From positions 612,916 through 676,915 of the forward strand of contig CAJFCJ010000020.1 of assembly GCA_904063045.1 (NCBI GenBank): a stretch of 64,000 nucleotides of DNA, in the 5' to 3' direction. Positions 26,849 through 39,000 of this stretch are shown in pieces (positions within the stretch are counted from its first letter, which is position 1; every line of letters begins with the position of its first letter). The position numbers and the translations under genes were made by a program. Source of the stretch: Dimorphilus gyrociliatus. Taxonomy: Eukaryota; Animalia; Annelida. The notes under the pieces were generated by a model. The model searched no databases. It was not told the DNA's origin and saw only the letters and a list, made by a program, of their open reading frames with translations.

Positions 26849-28153
26849 ATGGCTTCAAAGAAGGCTACAAAAATTAGTAAAAGAAAAAAACCTTCTTCGG
26901 TATTCGCCAACGCTAATCTACCCTGTCAAGTTTGTGGAATTAGTTCTAGCGGGTAAATATTAGAATGAAATTTAAAATTGACAAATTCATTTCACTTAAT
27001 AATACGATTTTCTTTTAAATATAGATATCACTACGGAGTTTTTACTTGCGAAGCTTGCAAAGTGTTCTATAGAAGAAGCTCATATAAGTTCGAAACTTAT
27101 AAATGTAGTAATGGAAGAAAGAGTTGTATACCGGGTACCGATTTTTCTTTTTCATGTAAATATTGTCGATATAAAAAGTGTTTAGATGTTGGAATGTCTC
27201 GGCAAAAGATTAAAATAGGTAGATACTCTAAAGAAAGACTAGATCAAAAAGAGCAACAACTCGCTGTATTTCATATGAATAAAATTTGTGTACCTTTACA
27301 AATTGACACAACTGAATTTGATGATGTATTTATTCAATGTTTAAACTTATTGGGTTCATTGAGAGAAATTGATTATCAAAGGGAAATAAAAAATTTCCAT
27401 GAATTATTCACATCGGCTGCTCAAGCTATAGTAAACGGAATTTTTACCCGGGATGACTATATACTTTATTTAGACATAATTGGTATTGAAGTAGATGAGA
27501 GGAAAAATTTTTTAACGTGTTTTGGAAAAATTTGGGAATTACTTGTAAAAAATACCATGATTAACATGTTGGAACTACCTGGATTGAAGGATCTCAATAG
27601 AGTTGAATTGATGGATGCAATGTATGTAGGGGATGAATTTTTCCATCTTATTATGTTAATTGCTATTATGAGGAGTTTTGAAAGAGGAACTGTAGACGTA
27701 AGTATAAGTGGTTACGAAATGAGAGTCGATAGAAATTTTCTTAGAAATTTAACTGATGATGAGTTTGCTGGCTATACAGAAAAATTACATGTTGCACTTG
27801 ATGAACTAAAACCAACATATGAAGAGCTGATATTCTTATACACTGCTAATTTATATCGTCCAAGAAACAAGTTATCATTATTAACTCCATACTATCAGCA
27901 GATTATTGTAGGCTTTACCAGATATCTTGAAAAAACATATGGTAACGAATATCCTCACCGGTTATTGAAACTAGTAAACTTGAAGGCGTTGCTTAAAGAA
28001 AGGAAGCATTTTATGAGAAGCTGGAGGAGGGCTCATAAGGATTACATGCGGCACGTTTACGAGAGTGAATTTCTTCAGATATGGTGGTCAAGAGATTCGG
28101 CAAGAAAGTGGAATTATTTGGAAAAAACATTTTTGACACAATGCTCAGCTTGA
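26849..28153 (+). CDS. Divergent orphan nuclear receptor (NR1-like DBD + LBD)
   Basis: Exon 1 MASKK...LPCQVCGISSSG|gtaaat. Exon 2 YHYGVFTCEACKVFYRR...CSNGRKSC...CKYCRYKKCLDVGMS...KIGRYS, then an LBD-like region (MLELPGLKDLNRVE; LKPTYEELIFL). Confidence 0.9.
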
Positions 28154-28517
28154 CACACGTTTTTTAAATGCAATTAAAATGAGAAACACTCTTGAATTGA
28201 CAAATAACTTGAATATTTCTGGATTAACATAACTTGTCCCAACACAAAATAATACTGCAAATTCTGCCATACTTTTTATTCTAATAAAACTTTTTCTTTG
28301 CTACCGCTGAGCAATAATACAATATCATGTAAAATCTCTTAATCATTTTTAGTAGAGTATGACAAGGCGTTGTTTGAAATTCCCGCCTATCACAATTCAA
28401 AAAATATTTTCGTAAAAACAAAAGAGCGTGAAAAAAATCGTTTAAGATGCTATTAAATCAATGTATCTTCTCTTTGAACGAAAAAATACACTTTTAAGAA
28501 TACGACAATCGAATATT

Positions 28518-28530
28518 GTTACATAGCAAC
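28518..28530. promoter_or_regulatory. RFX X-box-like element
   Basis: GTTACATAGCAAC about 64 nt upstream of ATG 28594. Confidence 0.5.
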
Positions 28531-28593
28531 CGTGAGCACTAATAGAAGGAAAACATAAACAGAAGAACCGCAACCGGCTAAGAAGTAAAGAGG

Positions 28594-29640
28594 ATGGCGG
28601 ATTTCAGTAGAAAAGATCTGCATTTAACTAGTACTGGAGTAGGTCATAGATACCAACCGGGATATTATTTTCCCAGTTCAAACTTTAAGGTTAGTTTACA
28701 TAAAATACTTAGAAAGAACGATTCTTAAACTCTTATTCTTTAAACTTAGGGTGTCCTTAAAGATAAACTGCCTCCAGAGTTAGCCTGTCCTGATGAAATA
28801 AAAGGCGAAAGATTTGGAACAACCACAGGAACCTTTCATGATAATAAATTTGCTGGTATTGAATATGGAAATGATCACCCTACTTATAAAAAAGCTCCAG
28901 CACTCTACAAAGTACATTATAATCGAAATGTTATAGAAAAATTAGGTCATGGTGGTCATAGAAGACCGCTTACAATGGGTAACGAAGAGAGTGAGATGAA
29001 GGCTAAATATAAAGCAAATAAACCTGACGCAGTATATCTATATGATAGATATCCAGCTCCCAATCCTCAGGGTATCTTATTTGGAGATCATCAAAAAGAG
29101 GGTCCTACTAAATTGGGTGAACAGAACACTAAAAATCCAAAGATGGCTGGAAGACCTTTCAAAGTCAATGATCTAAGTATTATGGAATTAAATAATCCCT
29201 ACACCACAACCAATATGAAAGAACATAGAAGGTGGACTCCTAAGGAGTTACATAATGTTGGGAAAAAAGATGTTGCAACTTATTGGGAATGTGAAGAATA
29301 TCCTAAAGCTTGGGGTTTTGGGCTGAAGCATAATCCGCTTCCAAAGCATGCTGTACCCAGAGAAAGACCGCCAATGAGAGATACTATGGTATTTAAAACT
29401 GCAACAAAAGTTGGTAGAATTCCCAACAGAATGATTCCAGTTCCCCATTCTGGCACTAAAACTGAGTATTGCGAACGTTACGAAATACCTTCCGATTCAA
29501 AATGTAAACAAGCTGAATATTGTCCGGTCGATACTCCCTACATTCTACCAGATCCTAGTTCTAGGACAGCGTTTACAGCTCCGGGAATGTATAAAACTGA
29601 ATATGAAAATATTGGTTGTGAACAAATCATCACTGTATAA
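28594..29640 (+). CDS. Uncharacterised ~328-aa protein, probably a ciliary microtubule-inner-protein-like product
   Basis: Exon 1 28594-28689 (MADFSRKDLHLTSTGVGHRYQPGYYFPSSNFK), exon 2 28750-29640 in frame with the listed ORF. Pro/Tyr-rich, with short T-x-Y/T-T-x-x-x-x-H motifs (YTTTNMKEH, KTEYCERY, KTEYENI) and an upstream X-box. Confidence 0.65.
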
Positions 29641-29987
29641 CACTCGCTTATTAATTTTCATAATAAACATGTACATTAAAAACATGAAGAGTTATTAGTT
29701 TAAAATATTACTGTTTTTATTTCATTTATCAGGGCAACCATTAGTTAAATAAATTATATATCTTGCTAATTAAGTGGAATATTCCATTGAAAAGGTTTAT
29801 TAATACAATTAACATGATACTCTCTACACGAAATACTGTTTATGTTCTAATTTCAAACATTTACTTATTTTGACCGAACAATAAAAATGTTCAATATTTT
29901 ATTGTGCAATAAATTTATATTTTTACTACAAGCCGTCAAAGGTTATGCACACAGGACACTCAATTGGAAAGAGTTTTTTTGGGTATC

Positions 29988-30940
29988 TTAATTAGCTTTT
30001 CCTTGACTTTTAACTTTGTTTATGGCGGCTTCGATTTGTTCCGAAGTAGCCAAATAGTAGTGTTTTATTGGTTTCAGGTCGGCGTCCAATTCGTAAACGA
30101 GTGGAATGCCTATTTAATAAGAAAAAAGACAATAAATCAGAGAGAATGTTTTGTATAAAGTATTTACTGACCTGTTGGTATATTCAATCCCATTATATCG
30201 GCATCAGACATATTATCCAAATATTTGACAAGAGCACGAAGACTGTTACCATGTGCAGCAATGATAATACTCTTTCCAGCCTAGAATCATTAATTTAGTA
30301 CGTTAAACGTTTAATCATGATAATTAACAGTCTATATTTTACTAACCAAGATTTGGGGAACGATGCTATCATGCCAAAAAGGTAGAACTCTGTCAACAGT
30401 ATCTTTCAAGCATTCGCTTAGGGGAAGGAGGTTTTTGTCTATGTGACTGTATCTTGGATCTCGTCCTGGCCATCTTTCATCAGATTTATCCATAGGTGGT
30501 GGTGGAGTATCATACGAGCGTCTCCAGATTTGAACTTGCTTTTCACCATGCTTGGCGGCAGTTTCGGATTTGTTTAGACCTTGAAGAGCACCGTACATGC
30601 GCTCGTTCAATCTCCAGCTTCGTTGGACTGGGATCCAGTGCAAATCCAAACCCTCTTGAATGTGAAATAGAGTTTTAATGGCTCTCTTCAGAACGCTTGT
30701 AAAAGCAACGTCAAAGTGAGTAAACCCCTTTTCCTTAAGAAACTGTAAAATTAAAATTGCAATTAAAAATTAGGTTTGTTCACACTGCAAAAGTTTTTTT
30801 TGTCCACCAACCGTTGCAGCCAACTTAGCCTCAGCAACACCAGTTTCTGCTAAGTCTGCATCGTACCAACCAGTGAATCTATTTTCCTTGTTCCAAACAC
30901 TTTCTCCGTGTCTAACAAACACAATTTTGTAGGTTGCCAT
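29988..30940 (-). CDS. PGAM: 2,3-bisphosphoglycerate-dependent phosphoglycerate mutase
   Basis: [75 protein letters not shown] and [14 protein letters not shown]. Four coding exons. Confidence 0.97.
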
Positions 30941-31290
30941 ACCTCTTGTAGTGAATAAATCTAAATTTTTTCTGAAGGAGAAAATGTTTGCGAGATTTGA
31001 CCTTGACACAACAGACAAAAGTCATAGAAGGTTAAAATTTTCGTATAAGCTTAAAAATACAGATACCTTGCTAAATTCTTAACTCAACAAAATCTGATAA
31101 ATTTTTCTACAGAATGCATAAATGTTCAACGTGGAATTCTTCAAGAACATGATTACGAACCTATTCAACCGAATGAGTACGCCATCTGTAGTTAAATTAA
31201 GAAACCATGAGGCAGGCTTATCAGAATATTTTATAGTTAATATTTTGACCGGCAAAATTTTAAGAGACAAGGCGATCTAGGAAATTTGGG

Positions 31291-32576
31291 ATGGACAGTC
31301 TAAATCCTTCTGCAGAAATTTCGCAATACGAAAATGGTTCGTTTTTTAGTAAAATGACAAAAAAGGGCAATGAAATATACATGGGGTTGAAAAAAAATCA
31401 TGTGTGTACATATGTTTTCAGATTTGCAACTAGCAGCCGAACTGGGAAAGAGTTTATTAGAACGTAACGAAATACTAGAAAAGCAATTAGAAGAATATGC
31501 AGAAATTAATTATCAACAAGAACAAGAATTGAAGGTATCCTATTAAATAAATAAATAGTACAAAAAAATTAATAAAGTACTAGAAGATTATCTATATCAT
31601 CTTCTTATCTGATGAACAAAAAATTCTTATGTTTTAGAATTACTCGAAACAAGTTCAATTATTAAAAGAATTTAATGAATCTCGTTTAAAAGTTTACGAA
31701 GAAGTTGAGAAACAAAACAATGAATTAGATCAACGAAGTCATCATTTTCAGTCTGAAAATGAAAGACTGCGTGAAAAAATTAACTGGTTTGTAAATGAGA
31801 GAAAAAGAAATATTCGATTAAAGACTGTAGGGCGTTTACTAATTTAGTTCATTTGTAGGCAAAACGAACGCATTGAGGCCTTAGAACGACACAGTGATGA
31901 GTTGCAAAAAAACATTGATGATTTTAAAGCTGACATCTCTAAGAGGTCAGCAGAGAAAGAGCAGAAGCGAAATCTTCACAAGCGGCGAACACTAAGCGTG
32001 CCTTCACTTCGTCGGAAGCCACTACCGGAAACTGGCTTTGCTCCGCCGCCTTCAGTTGAAGAAGTTCGAGATACTGCCATTGTTACGGCGCTAAAGACTA
32101 CTGTTAAAAATTTAAAGCATGATCTAAAACTGGAATATAAGAGATCATCCGTAATGGAACAACAAATTTCTGAATTATCTACTCGAGTTGAACAGCTAAA
32201 TATAGATCTTGAAAGCGCAAAAGCGAAAAATTCGATATGTATTCGAGATAATTCAGGAATTCTCGAGGATGATTCGTACGAGCAAGGATCGAACGAATTG
32301 GTTCAGATTACACTAAACGATGACGAAAAATCATTATTCGGAGAACTAAAAGAAATGGCTGCCTTTCGTAGCAGCAAGGATGCAGCAACGCAAACGATCC
32401 CACTTCGAAAGCCAACAAATTTGGATAGACCTAAGAGTTTGCAATTTCTCACGCCAAAAAATCCAGTAGAGGGTCGCTTTGAAATCAGCCCTAATGCAGC
32501 TGAATATAAGCAACTATTCAGAGAAATTCACGATAATATCAAAAAAGCACTATCTTTTGACGAAGCGATAGATTAA
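31291..32576 (+). CDS. CDR2L: Cerebellar degeneration-related protein 2-like coiled-coil protein
   Basis: DLQLAAELGKSLLERN, YSKQVQLLKEFNESRLKVYEE and the C-terminal EYKQLFREIHDNIKK. Four exons in frame. Confidence 0.85.
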
Positions 32577-32913
32577 ATAGTATCTAAGCTATCCTCTCCC
32601 GTCTCAATTACCTCTATAGAAGCATTCAAGTACAAACAAACGAATTGTATGCATATTTATGACACAGTCAGCCAGTCTCCTTTTCTCTCTACCTTTCCTT
32701 CTCTCTTTCTCACTTTCTCCATTTAAAAAAAAGCTTCCTTAGAAAATTTATCTTTCTTTTTTTTGAAGTTGAAATCAATTAAGCAAAGAATTCTAGTCGA
32801 CGTCAATTTTCTAGCCGAATAATAAGCAAATTGTGTTCAGCGTTCACGTATTAGAAGGGGAAAAAAGGGTAAATAATGTATTATCTTTTTTTGATTATTA
32901 TATATATAGAATT

Positions 32914-32939
32914 TATATATATATATATATATATATATA
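32914..32939. repeat. (TA)13 microsatellite
   Basis: TA run between two convergent genes. Confidence 0.9.
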
Positions 32940-33088
32940 AAGTATTTGTAATATTTATATTGTTTTTTATTTATCTCTTCAATTTTTTTTTGTTCTCTTG
33001 ATAAATACTGAAATACAATCAATAAAAATTGATGTAAAAGAAGTCTATTGGAGGATTGTTGATAATTTTTTTAATATTTACATAATAT

Positions 33089-35213
33089 TTAAATTTTATT
33101 TGCAGCTTTTAGTTCGTCAAATCTTTCAACTTCTTTTAAAAAAGGTACTAAATGCGCTTCAACAATTTTATATGCAGGATCTTCGAAATCGTCTATTTCT
33201 TCATCATCTTTTGGATAAAGTATTGAATTTATGTTCTGTGCAATATCAGCTCTTCCACAGCCATTAAGACCTTCCATTAAATCATCTAGCTTAGCCCTTG
33301 TGTGATAGCGTCTCCAACGATTGAGAGCATAACGTGCCCTTTCGTCATTACCCTTTCTACTTTCTCTTTCTGTAAATTCTTCTATATCCCTATCCAACGT
33401 TAACCGACCTCTGGTGGGTGCAAAAGGTAAACTTCGATAAAGTTGAGGCCAATCCGTATTAATTGTCATACAAACAATATTGCAAGCTTTCTCAAAAGGA
33501 TCTGTCAAGAAGCGGATTTTAATTAGAATGATTAACGATATATTGTCATTGATACAAACCATCCTCGCTGCGTTTACCAGGTAACCTTGCGTAATTAACT
33601 TCGACTGGTTGTTGATGAAATATTTTGTTAATTGAATCTGGACATGTTTTGTATAAATAAATCTTCTTGGCTAATTCTAAAGAACCAATAACGTCGTGAT
33701 ATTCCAATTCATATTTAATTCTTTGTTCAATCATTTCCTCTAGTTCGTTATTTAATTGCTTACACAATTGTCTTTCGCTAAGTAGCGAGTCTCGTTTAGT
33801 TGTTATCCAATTCAACTTTAGATTGCAGCCAGCTATACTTCTTTTAACATCAGGTAGTTCGTGCTTAAGATCACGTAAATCTTTCGTCAGCTTATTGTAT
33901 TTTTCATAATATAAATTAGTGGGATATTCGTTTATTCGCTTAATTAACTCATCTCTTCGATACTCCTTTATTTCCATATTAATTTGTAGCCTGTTACTTT
34001 TATCCAAGAGAGTTTCAACATCAACAAGTAATTCATCTTCTTTCTCTACTAATTTTTCAACTTCTTCTTCTAGCTTTTCTAACTCATTAGCTACCTGGTT
34101 TTTACGATAATTAACCTGGTGATATCTGTGCTGGTGTTGACGAACTTCCTTAAGTAGCTCTTCCCTCTTCTCCTCGAGATCACTTATATCATTCTTAAGA
34201 AATTGGGAATAATTCTTATCCGTTTCTACCCAAGTTAACATTGCATCACAAGCTAATCGTAAATTTTCGCAAAGCGTAGGAAATAGAGCGAGAAAAGCAG
34301 CTTGAACAACGTCTAAACGCCTACATACTTCGATACCGTATTCTCCTAAGTCATAGACGAATAAACCTTCTGTTCTCCATTTATGCGATAAATATTCAAC
34401 TTTATCAACGTTTGTTTTAATTTTTGCTGACAATTCCTTTCTCTGAGTTTCGTAGGTCCTCGCAGTCTCAAGATTAATATCTTCTTCGAGTTCGTAAAAG
34501 CTCATACAATATTTATCTAAATATTTTAAAACTTTCTTTGTTTGCTTAACAATTTCAGAAAATTTGTCAGGAATAGAATCTCTAATTTTCCTATAACACT
34601 CTTTAAACTTATTAATAATTTTTGCGTCAACAGCAAATTTACGTTGAGGATCTTCACACCATTTAATTATTTCTTCAATTTGCCATACACGACTCAATTC
34701 GCTTAGTTCAGCCACTTTTGACATAGTATTAACACATTTGTTCCACTTGCGAATTTCATCAATATAAGTTTTACCATCATAAAATTGTTTCTCCGCCAAT
34801 TTAATGGACCTAATTATATTCGAAATTTGAGCAGATAATATTTTATGTATAGTCTGAAGGCTCTCTTGAGGTTTATTCTCTAAACGTCTAAGATCTAATC
34901 GACCAGTTCGGACAAAAAATGCCATTACAGAGGATGGCGGTTGTAGAGACGAGAAGGAGGAGGATGAGTAGGAGGAGGCAGATGGCGATAGGCTACTAGA
35001 TGATTCGTTGCTAATAAATAACAATTCCGGTATGGCTAAATTCTTTGCACTAGGGAAAAAGAGAGATAAATGAAGCGTGTTAAATAGAATAAGCTAGAAT
35101 TGTGTATAAAGTAAACAGAAGTTCTTTGTGTATTGTTTCTACAAATTCATATGCCTTATCGACTTTTACTGTTTTTTTTCTATTACCTCTCGACCAATTC
35201 CTTCTTCGTCCAT
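33089..35213 (-). CDS. Long coiled-coil protein with a C-terminal death-fold domain
   Basis: Three exons (ATG 35213 MDEEGIGREVIEKK|HAKNLAIPE...; ...SED|DPFEKAC...). About 250 aa of heptads, then DWPQLYRSL...DIEEF...ARYALNRWRR...AKLDDLMEGLNGCGRADIAQNI, a death-domain pattern. Confidence 0.75.
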
Positions 35214-36096
35214 TGTAGAATATCCAACTTCTTAGCGGAGTATTGCCTACTATTCATCACTAGGAGATGAAGCTAATGTTTTTTTTTAACAAATAGCTAT
35301 TACTTTTTATAGAGCTTGAGGAGCGATGCTCAAATTGTTACAGTAGGGTTTCCATTTAGGTTACATTTTTATTTATAAAGTAAATATCAAAGTATATTTA
35401 TTATTTACATTTGTTATTGGCGATTATTGTTATTCAGCCACTCTTAACCTACTAGTTTTAGAAATATAATCTTTTTAAGTAAAAATTCTGTTATATTCGT
35501 ACCTGTCGTTGATTCACCTCTGGTAAGAGCAGGTGCTTTTTGCTTTAGTTCATTTCCCTCCTTCCTTAATTAATTGTTCGAAATGAGAAAATTCGCCAAC
35601 AAAGAGAGAATAAAGTAAAATCCGTTCAATTCTCTCTGTACACTCGCGACATTTGCGATTGAATATTGACGTTCTAAAGACGCTAGCCGAACTAAAAGCA
35701 TATAATTGCATAGTCAATAAGCTTTGAAAGACAAATGTATTGTATCCTAATATTGACGCGTACGCGATATTACTTTTGATTTATACAACAGAATAATAAC
35801 ATCGATTGTTTGAACAAAGTGACGAAAAGCCCCACAACGTTTGAATGAAATTCTTTTGGAGCTTATGGAACGATCAATCTCGAGGTAGTTCTTCAGATTA
35901 CGTTACAAGAATTCCTTTTCATGGTCAAATCAAAGCATCTTTTAACAACATCTATACACAAATATAACAAATTAAAACCATTAACAATATTTTTGTTATT
36001 TGAACACATTATTATTGTGTGCACCGTTTCTACAATTGTTTGCGACGTATTACACAAACGTTAATAAATTAAAAACGTAAAGAAAAAATTGTACAC

Positions 36097-39000
36097 TCAA
36101 ACGTCTGATATTCTTAAATATTCATCAATACTATGGCTTTTATCATGACGCCATTTAAGCTTATCCGTTGGATGGAATGCCGTTGAATTAACGTTAGATT
36201 CCTCTTCCGATATACTAAACGCTCTTCTAGGATCTATAATAAAGAAAAAAAAGAATTAAAGTATTAGTTTTTTGATCGTTAAATAAGAAAGAAAAACAAA
36301 GAAGAGTATAAATTCATAATAAAAGAAAAATAATGATTAAATAAATAATTCAAGATAACTTCTATATTTCTTTTGAAAAATCAATAAAGGAAACTTGAAA
36401 AAACTTAAAAGGAATAAAAAGTTTTTTGTTTGTTTGAAATGAAGAAGTTTTCAAGAAATTACATAAATAAAAATTCGTGCCAAAAAAAAAATATTCAACT
36501 ACACCGAAACATGAAAAAAAAAATCAAAAAAAAAATCAAGTCACAATCACGTGACAACACGCACTCATCAACCTCCAATTTCTCCTGCTGTCGATGCTAC
36601 CATAATAATCTCTCTTTCCGGTATATTTTGGATCTTTTTCTATAAGGTTAGAATTGTTGATTATTGCTTTTTATGACCAAAAATTATAAGAGAATCAATT
36701 ACCCCAGCTTTCTCTGTTCATGTTTTGAAGAGCTTCGATCTCAGCAATTAGACTCTTCCTCCTTCTCGTACTTCCAGATTCTTTCCTCCTAAGACGCTCA
36801 CTTAATTCGTCTTTTTCGCTTTGCAGTTGTCGAACGATCAAAGAGTGTTGAGCTTGCAATGATTCACTGTCTGCAGTAGCTTCTTCTTTATCCTGCGGCA
36901 TAAATATATACATTTATCTCGATATCACGGTTAAAATAAATTTTTAAGTCACTAACATGTAAAGCCTGTCGAAGCCGTATATGGAGAGATCGCTTTTCAT
37001 CTTTGATTCTTTCGATATCGGTTTCCTTTAGTTTCAAATCTAATGAGTGAAGTTGACAATCGGAAGACGCTGTTGTCACTTTCTTGCTGAGTACCTCTAT
37101 GTCGTGTTCCAATTTTAAATTTAATTCATCGTTTCTGAAAGAAGTCGAAAATTTATTATAGAAAAACTTGTTAAATACATTCTGATGCGCATTTTGTTCT
37201 GAAATAATTGTACCTTTCTAATAACTCTTCAACTTTTTCTTTCAATTCTGTAACAAGCTTAGCTTGCTTTTCTATTCTTTCTTCCATTTGTGCTTTTTCA
37301 AGATTCGATAGGCTTAGTTTATCGCCAACGCACTTAATTTCTTTCTGCATCAACTCCATATCTTCGTCGTGCTGTCTTTGTAATGACTGTATCTCTTCAG
37401 AGGACAACACCTTACGTTCTAAATCAGCATATTTCTTCCTTTCCATTTCTAATTCTTCTCGTTGTGCTTTCCTTAATGAGTCTAGAGCTGTAAGAAAGAA
37501 AAAACAATTAATTAGTAACAATAAAATCCCCAGCGTCATTACTACATTATAGGGTCTTTAGTAGACTCCGTATATGGAACGTGACATATGTGTAAGATGG
37601 TTTTTTAATACGTATTAAAGTGAGTAAAAAAGACACGATTACAGTACAACGTCGGAAAAACAAACCTGTAACTAAACCTCCGTCTATAAGCATATAAAAT
37701 AATCGAGAATATGAATGTTGACACTTGAAGGCTCTCATTTCAATATGTAACGCACTTATTTTTCAACGAGAACTAAAGCGTTACTTACCGGTTTGTGTTG
37801 CACGTACTTCTTCCTTTAATTCTTCTTCTCTCTCCAGCTTTAATTTTTGTAATTCCCTTTCATGAGTGACTTTCATCTCATTTATGATTTGTTCGTTTGT
37901 ACGCTCAATACACACCAATCCTCTGTCATATAATTCTTTCATTCTCTCCATTTCTTGCTTGTACTTTGACACTACCTTAGTTTCATCTTCAGGAGAATTT
38001 CGCATTAGTATACTCATACTTTGCCATTCCTCCTTGGCTTTGTTCATTAACCGCGTATGAGTTGCTTTTTCAACTGCCAAACGACGCTTATTGCTGTCAT
38101 ATGCATCTTGTAATTCACTTTCTAATTGATGAATTCGTGCTTGAACGGCGCTATCCTCTCGTCTACTTCCCATAAGTCTTTCCAATTCAACTTGAAACTT
38201 TTGCCTTTCTTCATCAATTTGTTTTTCATATCTGTCCCGTTCATTTTGCAGCAGCAAATCACTTTCAGCTTGTAAAGAACTAAATTCAATTTGGTAGCGA
38301 CTACTTTTTTCTTCTAAGGCTAATTGTAACTTCTCTACTCTATTTCGTAAATGCTCGATATCACTATCTCTTTCATTTTGTAATTTTTCCAAGTGAGCCT
38401 TACAAATAGCGTCTTCCGCCTCCATTTGTGCTACTCGAGCGTGAAGAACAGCCAATTGATTTTCTTTATCTTGTCGAATTTGTTCGAGAGCAAGATGGGC
38501 TCTATGCAATTCTTTTTCCATATTCTCAATCTCCGAATATAATTGTTGCCTATCGTCTTGCCGATATTCTACTTCCCGCTTCGTCTCAACCTCTTTACGA
38601 TCAGTGTATTTTGCTTTGAGTTCTTCCAATTTCGCAGCGTGCTCATATTTCAAAGTGTAAGCAACATAGGCCAATTGAGCATGGAAAACCGCCTCTCTTG
38701 CAACGATATCAGCGAGGTCATTACCAGATGCGGGCCTACACCTTTTTTGTAGAGAGTCTTCAACTTTGCCCAAGTCGGCTGCTAACTGGGCTAATCTGGA
38801 GGTTAACGAACAGCTCATCTCCATGCCGTCGGCACCAAAATGCTTTAGATAATTAGCCATACTGTCCTTCATAGCAGCATCCTGTTGCAGGGAATCAGCA
38901 ACAAGAGAGTCAATATGAGCTTTGTAGACATCAGGAGGCGAACTGGGTAAACCAGAATCAGTCCTATTAAACATGTGTAGTAATACTCTTTTTTCGAAGT

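Noticed and set aside
30941-31018. In-frame TTG-started extension upstream of the PGAM ATG
   Set aside because: Contains a strong acceptor (ctccttcag); better explained as a 5'UTR intron.
31535-31637. GTATCCTA donor in a CDR2-like intron, resembling a U12-type site
   Set aside because: Does not match GTATCCTT and has no TCCTTAAC branch site; treated as U2-type.
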